Shown one piece after another: positions 37,614 through 47,634 of a DNA stretch of 64,000 bases (the first letter of the stretch is position 1; every line of letters begins with the position of its first letter). The position numbers and the translations under genes were made by a program. The notes beneath the pieces are model-generated. The model searched no databases. It was not told the DNA's origin and saw only the letters and a list, made by a program, of their open reading frames with translations. Source of the DNA: a virus. The DNA is taken from the IMG/VR virus record IMGVR_UViG_3300018417_000005, positions 1 through 64,000 of that record, one strand, 5' to 3'.

Positions 37614-38675
37614 TCAATTATCTGTTTTAGGTAATACAACTTTGCTGAGATTAGTTTTCTCAGGAGCAGTAGTACCGTCTGTGTTTGTTGTTGTATTGTC
37701 GTTGTTGACAAATGTTGTAAGTAGTTTATTAGCAGATGCCCAAACGTCACGTGTATCAGTTTCAACATAAATCCAACGTGTACCGGATTTTCTAAATAAT
37801 CTGTCTGGCTCAAAATCTGTACGTAAAAAGTAATCGCCATCTACGACACCGCTTGTTGGGAAAGTAGTACCTGTGCCTACAACAGCAGTACCATTCGGAG
37901 GATTACCGTCTCCAGAGAAAAAATCTACTACAGGCTTATCTGGAACTTCTGGATCGTAAAATAAATGTGCAGTTTCTCTATATTGCGGATCGTATGGAAC
38001 TTCGAGTTCTGCCGCGGCTAAGATAGCATCATTGATAGCAATGTCGTCTGCGTAAGTACTAATAAGATTACGTAAATCTTCCTCGTTCTCACCAGTGCCA
38101 AGAATATCTCTGTATTCCTGGCTGTCTGTAATAGGACCTAACTTAACTCTCCAAAGATGTGGCCACCAGCGTGGATCATAACCTTCGGCTGGCCTAGCGC
38201 CATCTGTAATTACATAAAATCCGTTTATGGCTTCGTCACTACCTAACAAAATATCGTCACGTAGATGAGGAAGTTCAATAACATCACCAGGCATAAGTTT
38301 TCTGCCTAATGATTCGAACATACTTTCTATATGGAAATTCATAAACAGCGTACCGTTTGCTAAAAATAAACCAAACTGTGTTAAATCGTACGCATCATTA
38401 TCTTGTATATTGTACTGCCCGCGCATTTCGTATACAGTAGTATCATACTTGCGGTCTCTGTTTTCTAAGAATAGTAAATCTTGTATAAATGTAGGATCGT
38501 CTGTGCCTGCGGTTGCTGGCCTAGTTGGATCATTTACGTCAGGTTGGTCATTAGCACCCAAATACTTATGTACAAGCACACCAGTGCCGCCAGCATACAA
38601 ATGTTCACCAACAATTCTGTCTATAAAGCTAAAATCGTTCGTTTTTATTGGGTTCCAGAGACTTAAACGTGGCAT
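37614..38675 (-). CDS. gp14: Neck / head completion protein (gp14-like)
   Basis: IQDLLFLENRDRKYD, DLTQFGLF, LGRKLMPGDVIELPHL; minus-strand late promoter at 38703-38710. Confidence 0.7.
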   Translation of the reverse strand: MPRLSLWNPIKTNDFSFIDRIVGEHLYAGGTGVLVHKYLGANDQPDVNDPTRPATAGTDDPTFIQDLLFLENRDRKYDTTVYEMRGQYNIQDNDAYDLTQFGLFLANGTLFMNFHIESMFESLGRKLMPGDVIELPHLRDDILLGSDEAINGFYVITDGARPAEGYDPRWWPHLWRVKLGPITDSQEYRDILGTGENEEDLRNLISTYADDIAINDAILAAAELEVPYDPQYRETAHLFYDPEVPDKPVVDFFSGDGNPPNGTAVVGTGTTFPTSGVVDGDYFLRTDFEPDRLFRKSGTRWIYVETDTRDVWASANKLLTTFVNNDNTTTNTDGTTAPEKTNLSKVVLPKTDN

Positions 38676-38755
38676 TAATTTTCCTCAAATGTTATATAAC
38701 ACTATTTATCAATAACTTGCAAGGGTAGAAAATCCAAAAAAGGTTGCTAAATAAC

Positions 38756-38783
38756 TTGACATACTCTTATTTGAGTGTATAAT
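38756..38783 (+). promoter_or_regulatory. Sigma70-type promoter TTGACA-N16-TATAAT
   Basis: TTGACA at 38756-38761 and TATAAT at 38778-38783. Confidence 0.8.
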
Positions 38784-38814
38784 AGTAGAACTTAAACAAT
38801 AATGGGTAGAAAAA

Positions 38815-39033
38815 ATGGAAGATTATATGTGGGTATTTTTGGGTGTAATTGCTCTCAACAGTTACTTTTCGTTTAAGGCGGGAGAGTCCAGCGGAAAATG
38901 GGTTGCTGTTCTCGGCACTATTAGATTTTTAAGCAAGTCTAACGCACTTAAGTCGTCATCTAATATTGACGATTTTAATGAGTGGCCACAAGAACTCCGC
39001 GAAGCATACAATAACAAAGAGGTGTTAAAATAA
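38815..39033 (+). CDS. Small membrane protein
   Basis: Hydrophobic N-terminus (YMWVFLGVIAL); directly behind the sigma70 promoter. Confidence 0.55.
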   Translation: MEDYMWVFLGVIALNSYFSFKAGESSGKWVAVLGTIRFLSKSNALKSSSNIDDFNEWPQELREAYNNKEVLK

Positions 39034-40178
39034 TGGCTGTACGTAAAAAGAAGAATGTGTATTTAACACCCGAACCTGTATGGGCTAATCTCAAGAAAGC
39101 GGCTACCGGTACAGAAGACGAACGCTACAAAGCTCACCAACATGCTGAATTCTTTGTCCACTACGAAATTGATAACAAGGCAAAGATTAAAGCAACTAAA
39201 GACTTTCTAAAAACATACAAATTAACTAAAGAACAGCGTAAGCAATTAAATCTATTGCCGGATTACACGTTTGTTCATGTCGGCAAATATATCTGGATTA
39301 CAAATAAACTTGGCTTCTCATACGAAGCCTTAGACGCAGGTATAGCAGAATACGTAGTAGAGTGGATTGAACTTAGCAAAGACTTGAAAGAATTAAAACT
39401 TGAAGAAGAAGCCGCCAAACCTGAAAAGAAAGTAGTTACTATTCAGCAACGTATGCGCGAACAGGTAGTTGGATTAACTAGTGAATGGGAAGGCTACATC
39501 GACGACTTAGTTGATGGCAACTTTACTCTAGCAAAATTTGAGCCTTATAACGATATGCTAGCATTTGATGGCGGATTGATAAAAGCTAATCACGCTAAAA
39601 TCATTAAAGACGTATTTGAGCCTGCTTATACTGAAATAGTAGAAGTAATCGAAGGCGACGATGCGGAATTAACACAGGCATACGATCATTTGAGTGCTAA
39701 AAAGAAGAAGGAATTCTTAGCATTCTTTGACAAAATTAACGCGGCTTGCGACACATACATTAAAACTAGCAAAGCAACACGCAAGACACGCAAACCTAAA
39801 TCAGTTAGTAAAGAAAAACTTGTAGCTAAACTAAAATATCAAATAAACGATAGTAAGTTAGGTATTGCTAGCATTAATCCAGCTGATATTATAGATGCTA
39901 GAGAGCTTTGGGTGTATAATACCAAATACAGAAAGATTGGTGTTTATAAGGCTGACGATATAGGTCCAAGTCTAAGCGTAAAAGGCGCGTCGATTATAAA
40001 CTTTATGGAAAACCTAAGTTTTCAGAAAACGCTACGTAAGCCCGAAGAGCAACTTAAACTGTTCAAAGGCAACGCAAAGACTAAGTACGGAAAAGCATTC
40101 GATAGCATCAAAGCTACGGATACTAAGTTAAACGGCAGACTAGGACCTAACATAGTGATTCTAAAAGCATTTAGTTGA
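39033..40178 (+). CDS. Hypothetical protein of T4-like phages
   Basis: Basic C-terminal domain with LWVYNTKYRK.G.Y, LSVKG and KTLRKPEEQL. Confidence 0.65.
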   Translation: MAVRKKKNVYLTPEPVWANLKKAATGTEDERYKAHQHAEFFVHYEIDNKAKIKATKDFLKTYKLTKEQRKQLNLLPDYTFVHVGKYIWITNKLGFSYEALDAGIAEYVVEWIELSKDLKELKLEEEAAKPEKKVVTIQQRMREQVVGLTSEWEGYIDDLVDGNFTLAKFEPYNDMLAFDGGLIKANHAKIIKDVFEPAYTEIVEVIEGDDAELTQAYDHLSAKKKKEFLAFFDKINAACDTYIKTSKATRKTRKPKSVSKEKLVAKLKYQINDSKLGIASINPADIIDARELWVYNTKYRKIGVYKADDIGPSLSVKGASIINFMENLSFQKTLRKPEEQLKLFKGNAKTKYGKAFDSIKATDTKLNGRLGPNIVILKAFS

Positions 40179-40208
40179 TAAATACTGTAAAGTATTTGGA
40201 GAAACTAC

Positions 40209-40970
40209 ATGCCTATTAATCAGATCGGCTACTTAAGCCGAGAAGAACTTATTAAAGAATTACGATTGCGGTTAGCCGACGATATGGTAGACGTTGAACT
40301 GGACCGACAACATTACGATGTTGCTATTGATAAAGCATTAGCAGTCTACAGGCAAACCAGTAGCGGTAGCACTGAGGAAAGTGTAGTATTTTTTAGCACT
40401 ATTGCAGGTGTAACAGAATACACCTTTCCGGATGAGGTTATGGAAGTACAGCGTCTTTACAGACGAGGCATCGGCACTAACAGTGGCGGCGGTACAAACT
40501 TCGATCCATTTGATGTAGCATTTAACAATATGTACATGCTTCAGGCAGGCCAGATTGGTGGTCTTGCGGTATTTGACGCATTTGCGCAGTACAAAGAAAC
40601 AATTAGTAGAATATTCGGTAGCGAATACGACTTTAACTGGAATAGAAATACTAAGAAGTTAAAAATACTTAGAAATATAAGACATACAGAAGAAGTGTTA
40701 GCAGTAGTAAACAATTTCATCCCTGAGAGTGTTTTGTTGAGAGATGTTTATGCTAATCCTTGGTTAGCTAATTACTCATTGGCAATGTCTAAGTATATGC
40801 TCGGCGAAGCACGTAGCAAGTACCAAAGCGGATTACCCGGCGCAGGCGGAAATATCCAACTTAATGGTGAAGCTCTAAAAGCAGAAGCCGTTGCAGAACT
40901 GGAAGCACTTAAGGAACAAGTACACAACATGGAAGAGGGCAATTTCCCACTCGGCTTCATTATCGGGTAG
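40209..40970 (+). CDS. gp13: Neck protein (gp13-like)
   Basis: LRL...VDVELD..HY..AID.AL, LGEARSKY..LPG.GG.IQLNG..LK.EA; late promoter at 40177-40184. Confidence 0.85.
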   Translation: MPINQIGYLSREELIKELRLRLADDMVDVELDRQHYDVAIDKALAVYRQTSSGSTEESVVFFSTIAGVTEYTFPDEVMEVQRLYRRGIGTNSGGGTNFDPFDVAFNNMYMLQAGQIGGLAVFDAFAQYKETISRIFGSEYDFNWNRNTKKLKILRNIRHTEEVLAVVNNFIPESVLLRDVYANPWLANYSLAMSKYMLGEARSKYQSGLPGAGGNIQLNGEALKAEAVAELEALKEQVHNMEEGNFPLGFIIG

Positions 40971-41781
40971 CACTAGTCCTAGCTACGCTAACGGCCCGTC
41001 TTTGCCCTTCTGATTTATTGTGCTTTATGATTTTTTCTCTGTGATTTTCAGATAACAACCGTCCTTTCGATAACACTTTTCGTCTTTTATCGTCTGGCGT
41101 TAGCCGATAATTTTTAGCCCCGTCATTATACCAAGACCTGCCTACTGCGTCTTGGCTATTAGAAATCTTCATTCTTTCTTTAGTAGTATCTGATACTTTC
41201 TTTCCCTTACAACTTCTTGACATGTTTTCTTTATATTCTTGTGTCCGTGGAGGCCGGTTCTTCGCCGAAGCAGTTACTTTATTTTTAAACGCTTGTGTAT
41301 AGCCCGAATCTAGCAATTTTGCTTTTGGGTCATTCGGAAACAATAGAAAATTGCTACTTCCGTTATTAAATCCTCTCCGTCCGGTTATTTGCTTTCTTCT
41401 AAGTATTTTTTGTTCTTCGGTTACTTTGTTGCCAGTATTTGGTCCAGACTGGTTATAAAACGCAGGATAAGCATTATTATTAGCCCAATCGTTTTTTCTG
41501 TATACTCTTGTTATTATTTTGTTCTCATACAAGATAGCATCATCTTTGTGGTCAAACGTCCAGCATAATCTGTACTCGAATCGTTCGGGGTGATATTTAA
41601 ATTCTTCCTTGAACTTGCCGGAGGTATGGTATTTTATACCAAAATCGCTAAGTGGACTTACTTTATTTGCCCAACGAACACCATAATATTTGGTATTAGA
41701 CAGTATGTGTTTAATGTAATATGTGTACGGTAATACGTCGGTAAATCTTTTATGTTTTTTGATAGAGTTATAAATACTCAT
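40960..41781 (-). mobile_element. Free-standing GIY-YIG-like homing endonuclease with NUMOD3-like repeats
   Basis: PYTYYI....TKYYGVR..Y.TS N-terminus; basic repeats (KGKKVSDTTKERMK, WYNDG.KN, SENHREKI); antisense to both neighbours. Confidence 0.75.
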
Positions 41782-41782
41782 G

Positions 41783-41847
41783 CTGATACTCCTTTCTAGT
41801 ATTAGAGTAGATGGTGCTCCAACACGCGATCTACACTTTTATTTATC
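41783..41847 (-). promoter_or_regulatory. Late promoter plus two-hairpin leader that sequesters the endonuclease RBS
   Basis: Minus strand reads GATAAATA aaa gtGTAGAT cgc GTGT tgga GCAC c ATCTAC t CTAATACT agaaagg AGTATCAG c ATG. Confidence 0.65.
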
Positions 41848-41854
41848 ATAATAC

Positions 41855-41882
41855 TTGACAATACATAAATAAGTGTTATAAT
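41855..41882 (+). promoter_or_regulatory. Sigma70-type promoter TTGACA-N16-TATAAT with extended -10 TGn
   Basis: TTGACA at 41855-41860, TATAAT at 41877-41882. Confidence 0.8.
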
Positions 41883-41910
41883 TTAAAATAAATGCTCGGA
41901 GGATAGTCTC

Positions 41911-42561
41911 ATTATAATAGGACTCGTTGGATTAATAGGAAGTGGAAAAGGTACAGTAGCAGGAATGTTCGAGGAAGCTGGCTGTGCAACAGATAGTTTT
42001 GCGGCGCCACTCAAGGATGTGTGTTCGGCAATATTCGGTTGGCCACGAGACTTATTAGAAGGCGACACTGTTGAAAGCAGAGAATTCCGAGAAACCCCAG
42101 ACTTGTTTTGGTCAAAAAAATTAGATATTCCAAATTTTACTCCCCGCCTTGCATTACAGCTACTTGGCACTGATGTCCTACGTAAGCATTGGCACGAAGA
42201 CTTATGGATGGATAGTTTGGAATATCGCATTCGTAAAAGTCACAAAGATCAAACAGTAGTAATAAGTGATGCACGTTTCCAAAACGAACTAAAACTAATT
42301 AACCGCATGGGCGGCAAAGTTATTTGGGTTAGACGCAACGAACTACCTGAATGGTGGGACACTGCTAAAGACGCAAACGATAGCGCAGTCGCACATAAGA
42401 TTATGAAAACTAAGTACAAAGATGTACACGAATCTGAATGGAACTGGGTAGGTAGTCCGGTAGACTACGTTATTCACAATGACGGCTCCATCGAAGATTT
42501 AGAAGAAAAAGTTAAGAATATTCAAAAATCACTTCTTATCCCTTCCCTTAAATTAGTATAA
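41911..42561 (+). CDS. gp1: Deoxynucleoside monophosphate kinase (gp1-like); apparent ATT start
   Basis: The P-loop IIGLVGLIGSGKGT lies upstream of the first ATG (41965); SFAAPLKD, TPR..LQ..GTD, VISDARF.NE and HESE follow; GGAGG lies 8 nt before ATT 41911. Confidence 0.85.
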   Translation: MIIGLVGLIGSGKGTVAGMFEEAGCATDSFAAPLKDVCSAIFGWPRDLLEGDTVESREFRETPDLFWSKKLDIPNFTPRLALQLLGTDVLRKHWHEDLWMDSLEYRIRKSHKDQTVVISDARFQNELKLINRMGGKVIWVRRNELPEWWDTAKDANDSAVAHKIMKTKYKDVHESEWNWVGSPVDYVIHNDGSIEDLEEKVKNIQKSLLIPSLKLV

Positions 42562-42666
42562 TACCACCTAATATCTCCTAAATTGGGCTAATAGCCTAAA
42601 TCGCCTTATATTTGGACGATTTGATAAATATAGTTACAACGCACTCTAAACTTAGGAGAAGAGATT

Positions 42667-45450
42667 ATGGCAACATTAGTATCGCCAGGCGTAAGTATTA
42701 GCGTAACTGATGAAAGTTTTTATGCACCTGCTGGTGCAGGAACAGTGCCTCTTATTGTAATAGCAACAGCACAAGATAAGACAGCACCAGACGGAACTTC
42801 CACAGCCGCATATACTACAGCCGCAAACGCGAACAACTTATATTTAATCACTAGTCAACGTGAGTTACTACAGAATTTTGGTAACCCATCGTTTAAGACT
42901 TCAGGTGGATCACCTATACACGGTGACGAAACAAACGAATACGGCTTAGTAGCCGCATACAGCTTTTTAGGAATTTCTAACAGAGCTTATGTATTACGTG
43001 CTGATATAGACTTATCAGAATTAGAATCTAGCGCAACAGCACCAAGTGCCGCGCCTGCCGACGGCACAGTGTGGCTTGATACTGCATCTAGTACATATGG
43101 CCTTAAAGAATGGGACGGAACTGCCTGGGTACCGGCAACTGTTACTGTAGCGACTTCTACAAACTTATATGCTAATGCAACACCAAAAGCGGCATACGGC
43201 ATCGATGGACAGTATACTGTAGTTTCAACAGATAGCGCAGGCGACTCAACTAACAGCTTGACTTTTTATGAAAAAACCTCAGGCACCTGGGATGCCATCG
43301 GCAGCGGATCCTGGACATCAGCTACATCAAGTGATTTTCAGTTTGCTACGCATACAACACTGCCTCAATCCGCTAATGGAAGATCCAATGGTGATCCATT
43401 ATCTGCTGGAGATTTAATGCTTCAGACAACAACTCCAAATAACGGCATAGATCTGGCAGTATATGAATACAGCACATCATCTGCCCAATTTGTCGAAACT
43501 TCGGTGCCAGCTTATGAAACCCCAGCAATAGCATACGACGCATTTGAAGCGGCAGGGACATTAGTTCCTGGCGTATCATACGCAGATCGTAGCAGTTTCA
43601 TCGCTAAGTGTGACTTCAAGGAGTGGAATGGCGAGTCTACTGTTACTGTAGCTAGCTCATCGGCATTAACAGACACAGATCTTTCGAACAGCTTAGTCGA
43701 TGCGTCTAACGTAGCATTTAACATTTATGTTAATAACTCAACTACAGCTATTCCAGTTTATATTATAACAGATAGCGACAGTGACGGAAATATTTCAGTA
43801 GATGATGTTGTTACTGATATACAAACTGCTTTGTCTGCGGCAAACGTAACAACTACGTTTTCTGATCAACTTAGTGCAAGTAATGTTGCTGGAAAAGTTA
43901 CATTAATTAACACTGACGGCAGAGATATTACTCTTGCTGAAGGTGATATTGCTAACGTTACATTCCGTTTAGCGAATATTAACTTAACGGCTGGAACAAC
44001 CAGTAACTTTACTACCTTAGTAATAGATCCCTCAGCAACAGAACCAGTCGGTGATACAGCAGACGGACAGCTATGGTATGATGCAGATATTAGCACAACT
44101 AATGTTGATCTTCTGGAGCACGACGGTAGTACTTGGGTTACATTTACAGGCGACTTCCAAACTTCAGCAACTGAACCTACTTTACAAAGTGATGGCATTA
44201 GCGCACTTGCTAGTGGCGATGTTTGGATAAACAGTGCTGATACTGAAAACATAAAACTTTACAAATATGATGGCGCTAGCTTTAACCTAGTAGACCAAAC
44301 TGACCAGAGTAGTCCGGACGGCATTCTCTTTGCTGACTTTAGAACTACTACTGCAAGCCTGGACGCAGATGCGCCGAGTGCGGCACTTTATCCAACAGGC
44401 ATGCTTGCTTGGAACTATCGAGCAAGTGGTGGTAATGTCAAACAGTGGAACGACACTGACAGCCTGTGGGAAAATTACAGCGGCAACAACGCAGACGGCT
44501 CTGGCATATTGCTAAGAAAAGCACAGCGTAAAGCAGTAGTTCGCGCAATGCAATCGGCAGTATCCTCAAATGAAGATATTCGTAACGAAACAAACCGTTT
44601 CAACATAGTAGCAGTTCCGGGTTATCCTGAACTAACAGACGAAATGCTTACTTTGAGCGTTGACAGAAAAGACACTGTGTTTGCTCTTATTGACCCTCCA
44701 TTTAGACTAAGCAGTTCAGATACTGATATCCAAGCATGGGCTACTAACAGTAACAACGCAATAGAAAACGGCGAAGATGGACTTGTTAGCGCAAGCAGTC
44801 AAGCGGCAGTTTACTATCCAAGTGGTTTAACAACTAACCTAGATGGAACAAACATCATGGTACCGGCATCTCATATGGCATTACGTACAATTGCGTACAA
44901 TGACCAAGTTGCTTTCCCGTGGTTTGCTCCAGCAGGGTATCAACGTGGTGTAGTTAACAACGTAACTAGTGTAGGTTATTTAGATGCGGCAGAAAGTGAA
45001 TATGTGGCGGCTAGCTTAAACAACGGCCAACGCGACACATTGTATTTAAATAAAGTTAACCCGATTGCAACATTCCCAGGACGTGGAATTAGCGTATTCG
45101 GACAAAAGACTTTAAATCCTACATCCAGCGCACTTGATCGTATCAACGTTTCTCGTTTGGTAATTTACCTTCGTGAACAACTTGACGACGCAGTACGTCC
45201 GTTCTTGTTTGAACCAAACGATGCGATTACACGCACTAATGCTAAGACTGTCGTTGACAGAATCTTAAGTGAGTTGATTACACAGCGCGGATTGTTTGAT
45301 TATGTTACAGTATGTGATGAGTCTAACAATACACCTGCGCGTATTAATCGCAACGAGCTACATATTGATATAGCTATACAACCTGTTAAGGCAGTAGAGT
45401 TTATCTACATACCTATTAGAATCCAGAGCACTCTGGGCTCAACAGGCTAA
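42667..45450 (+). CDS. gp18: Tail sheath protein (gp18-like)
   Basis: LVSPGVSISVTDES, WFAPAG..RG, RDTLY..KVNPI, GQKTL...SALDRINVSRL, FEPND; late promoter at 42623-42630. Confidence 0.95.
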   Translation: MATLVSPGVSISVTDESFYAPAGAGTVPLIVIATAQDKTAPDGTSTAAYTTAANANNLYLITSQRELLQNFGNPSFKTSGGSPIHGDETNEYGLVAAYSFLGISNRAYVLRADIDLSELESSATAPSAAPADGTVWLDTASSTYGLKEWDGTAWVPATVTVATSTNLYANATPKAAYGIDGQYTVVSTDSAGDSTNSLTFYEKTSGTWDAIGSGSWTSATSSDFQFATHTTLPQSANGRSNGDPLSAGDLMLQTTTPNNGIDLAVYEYSTSSAQFVETSVPAYETPAIAYDAFEAAGTLVPGVSYADRSSFIAKCDFKEWNGESTVTVASSSALTDTDLSNSLVDASNVAFNIYVNNSTTAIPVYIITDSDSDGNISVDDVVTDIQTALSAANVTTTFSDQLSASNVAGKVTLINTDGRDITLAEGDIANVTFRLANINLTAGTTSNFTTLVIDPSATEPVGDTADGQLWYDADISTTNVDLLEHDGSTWVTFTGDFQTSATEPTLQSDGISALASGDVWINSADTENIKLYKYDGASFNLVDQTDQSSPDGILFADFRTTTASLDADAPSAALYPTGMLAWNYRASGGNVKQWNDTDSLWENYSGNNADGSGILLRKAQRKAVVRAMQSAVSSNEDIRNETNRFNIVAVPGYPELTDEMLTLSVDRKDTVFALIDPPFRLSSSDTDIQAWATNSNNAIENGEDGLVSASSQAAVYYPSGLTTNLDGTNIMVPASHMALRTIAYNDQVAFPWFAPAGYQRGVVNNVTSVGYLDAAESEYVAASLNNGQRDTLYLNKVNPIATFPGRGISVFGQKTLNPTSSALDRINVSRLVIYLREQLDDAVRPFLFEPNDAITRTNAKTVVDRILSELITQRGLFDYVTVCDESNNTPARINRNELHIDIAIQPVKAVEFIYIPIRIQSTLGSTG

Positions 45451-45498
45451 CAGATCCACTACCTTAGGATCGAACTAGTGTAAAAACTAGGGGGAAAC

Positions 45499-45529
45499 AA
45501 GAAAGGGCTGGCAACAGCCCTTTCTTTTT
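45499..45529 (+). terminator. Rho-independent terminator
   Basis: aagaaagggctg-gcaa-cagccctttcttttt. Confidence 0.88.
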
Positions 45530-45614
45530 GGCTGAATTAAAACATGAGTTTATCTTTTTTGGCTAATAATGATAAATATCTGTATAGTAAACAAGTTCGT
45601 AGGAGAACATAAAA

Positions 45615-46247
45615 ATGGCAGAGAACATTATAACTAAATCAAAATTCGGTGTACCGTTAGCAGATGGTAGTGCCGGCATACTAATGCCAAAATTAAAGTA
45701 TCGCTTTAGGGTGAACTTTATTGGCATAGGTGGAGAGGCCCGACCTCTTGCGCTAACACAGAATATCCAGAGTGTAGGACGTCCGAATTACACAGGTGAT
45801 GAGGTTGTAGTTGATAGCTATAACAGCAGAATTTATATGCAAGGGAAACATACTTGGGAAGCGATTCAGGTTACACTTCGTGATGATATTTCAAACAATG
45901 TTGCAAAACAGGTAGGCGCACAATTACAGCGTCAAGTAAACCACTTCCAGCAGACTACACCGGCTGCGGCAAACGACTATAAGTTTGAAATGGAAATCGA
46001 AGTACTAGATGGCGCAAGCACAGAACCTACTGAAGTATGGTTCTTGGAAGGCTGCTTCTTAAACAATGTACAGTATGGTGAAGGTGATTACAGCACTAAC
46101 GAATCGCAAATTATTACTTTGTCAATTCGTTACGATAACGCTACTCATTACAGCGGTACTAACGATGGCAATGGCAGAAGCACAGCTATTAATCCGTTCA
46201 GCGACTTTGACTCAACTCTAGGCGGTGGCGGCTCAACAGCAGGTTAA
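45615..46247 (+). CDS. gp19: Tail tube protein (gp19-like)
   Basis: PKLKYRFRV, GKHTWE.I.VTLRDD, W.LEGCF and I.LSIRYDNA; follows the sheath; late promoter at 45571-45578. Confidence 0.85.
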   Translation: MAENIITKSKFGVPLADGSAGILMPKLKYRFRVNFIGIGGEARPLALTQNIQSVGRPNYTGDEVVVDSYNSRIYMQGKHTWEAIQVTLRDDISNNVAKQVGAQLQRQVNHFQQTTPAAANDYKFEMEIEVLDGASTEPTEVWFLEGCFLNNVQYGEGDYSTNESQIITLSIRYDNATHYSGTNDGNGRSTAINPFSDFDSTLGGGGSTAG

Positions 46248-46261
46248 GCTAGGAGAAAATA

Positions 46262-47200
46262 ATGGCTAGATCGGATTTATTCCCAAGTCTTTATTTTCGT
46301 GACTGGCAAAATGCGAATAGGCTAAAACCAAATTATACACCGCCTCGACAAAACTTTAACGGTTTTGTCGAGTTCGTGTTTAATCCTGACATCGAACCTC
46401 TAATAAGTGACGGAGTCGCATTCCGCACACAAATTAGTAGTTTAGTACAGAACGCAAAACTCCCGGAAGTACGATTTAATACAGCAGTTAAAAATCAGTA
46501 CAACATGAAACGAGTTGTGCAAACCGGCGTAGAATATTCCCCAGTAGATATTGAAGTATTAGATACAGTTAACAACGAATGGTTAATTGTGTTTATGCGT
46601 TACTTCTCATATTTCTATATGAATCCGAGAAATAAAACTACAGACGGGCAAGGGAATAAACGTGACCAAGATCCAAAGCATTATCCAGATCTAGATTATG
46701 AGATGTTCGATAGTAATGTAGCAGGATTTAACTTAAACAAGCGAGCAAATTTCATAGACAAAATTAAATTAGTTACCTACGCAGGCGGAAGGGGAGTTGA
46801 ATACATTTTATTTAAACCTACAATAACTGCGTTTAGCCCCGGACAAATTGATTACAGTAGTAGCGAAGTTAGAAAATTTGGTATGAGTTTTGAATACGAA
46901 AATTTCACTGTTAATCAAACTGTAAACTTTACACTAGACGATTTAGACAGGGCAAGATTCGAAAGTTATAATACATTATTTACTAGCGATGTACTAGATG
47001 CGCTAAACAAATACAAGCCCGGATTTAATAGAAGAGACTTAGACTTTATGGGAGACTCTTCGAGTACAGGCAAACTAAATAGATCATCTCAGCCAGTTGT
47101 TCATCCTGCTCCAGATACAGCAGTAAATGACACTGACGGAACATTTAGCGGTCCGGCATTTGGCATTGACGGTACTACTCCAGGAGAATTCCTAAGCTAA
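46262..47200 (+). CDS. Tube-fold protein (tail tube initiator / gp54-like)
   Basis: LPEVRF....NQYN.KR...GVEY.PV, P.ITAF....DYS and F.YE; adjacent to the tube gene. Confidence 0.6.
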   Translation: MARSDLFPSLYFRDWQNANRLKPNYTPPRQNFNGFVEFVFNPDIEPLISDGVAFRTQISSLVQNAKLPEVRFNTAVKNQYNMKRVVQTGVEYSPVDIEVLDTVNNEWLIVFMRYFSYFYMNPRNKTTDGQGNKRDQDPKHYPDLDYEMFDSNVAGFNLNKRANFIDKIKLVTYAGGRGVEYILFKPTITAFSPGQIDYSSSEVRKFGMSFEYENFTVNQTVNFTLDDLDRARFESYNTLFTSDVLDALNKYKPGFNRRDLDFMGDSSSTGKLNRSSQPVVHPAPDTAVNDTDGTFSGPAFGIDGTTPGEFLS

Positions 47201-47634
47201 TGAGCTCCTCTATATACGATACATTTGGTAACGAAAAATCCTATAAGCTAACAGGCGATACTCTCGTTGCTTATTTAAAAGATGCTACTATAAAATTTCC
47301 TCTTCCGGAAGCATCCTCAGAAATACTTGGTCAACTTGCACAGCCGCAAGGCAAATCCTACGACCCTGCTAAGGTAGCAATGATAAACAGTAAATTAGTT
47401 AAAGCAGGCTACAGTAAGCCAAATGCAGATGCTATGACAAGTGTGTTAATGGAAGTAGCTTATACACAGGGCATAGACCCTCTGGAGTATTTCGACGTAA
47501 CTGGTAACACATTAAATCTTACTGTAGATGCTTACACCGCTATGAACAATTTACGTCCGGCAGGAAGCAGAGTAGGATTAATATCTCCTATTGTAAATAG
47601 CAACACAAGAGCCTCTGCTTTAATAAAACCATGA
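47200..47634 (+). CDS. Hypothetical protein
   Basis: Translationally coupled ORF in the tail operon. Confidence 0.6.
   Translation: MSSSIYDTFGNEKSYKLTGDTLVAYLKDATIKFPLPEASSEILGQLAQPQGKSYDPAKVAMINSKLVKAGYSKPNADAMTSVLMEVAYTQGIDPLEYFDVTGNTLNLTVDAYTAMNNLRPAGSRVGLISPIVNSNTRASALIKP

Noticed and set aside
45453-45490. Two small hairpins (GATCC/GGATC and CTAGT/ACTAG) between the sheath stop and the terminator as an ncRNA
   Set aside because: The stems are only 5 bp and there is no tRNA or other recognisable fold; chance cannot be excluded.
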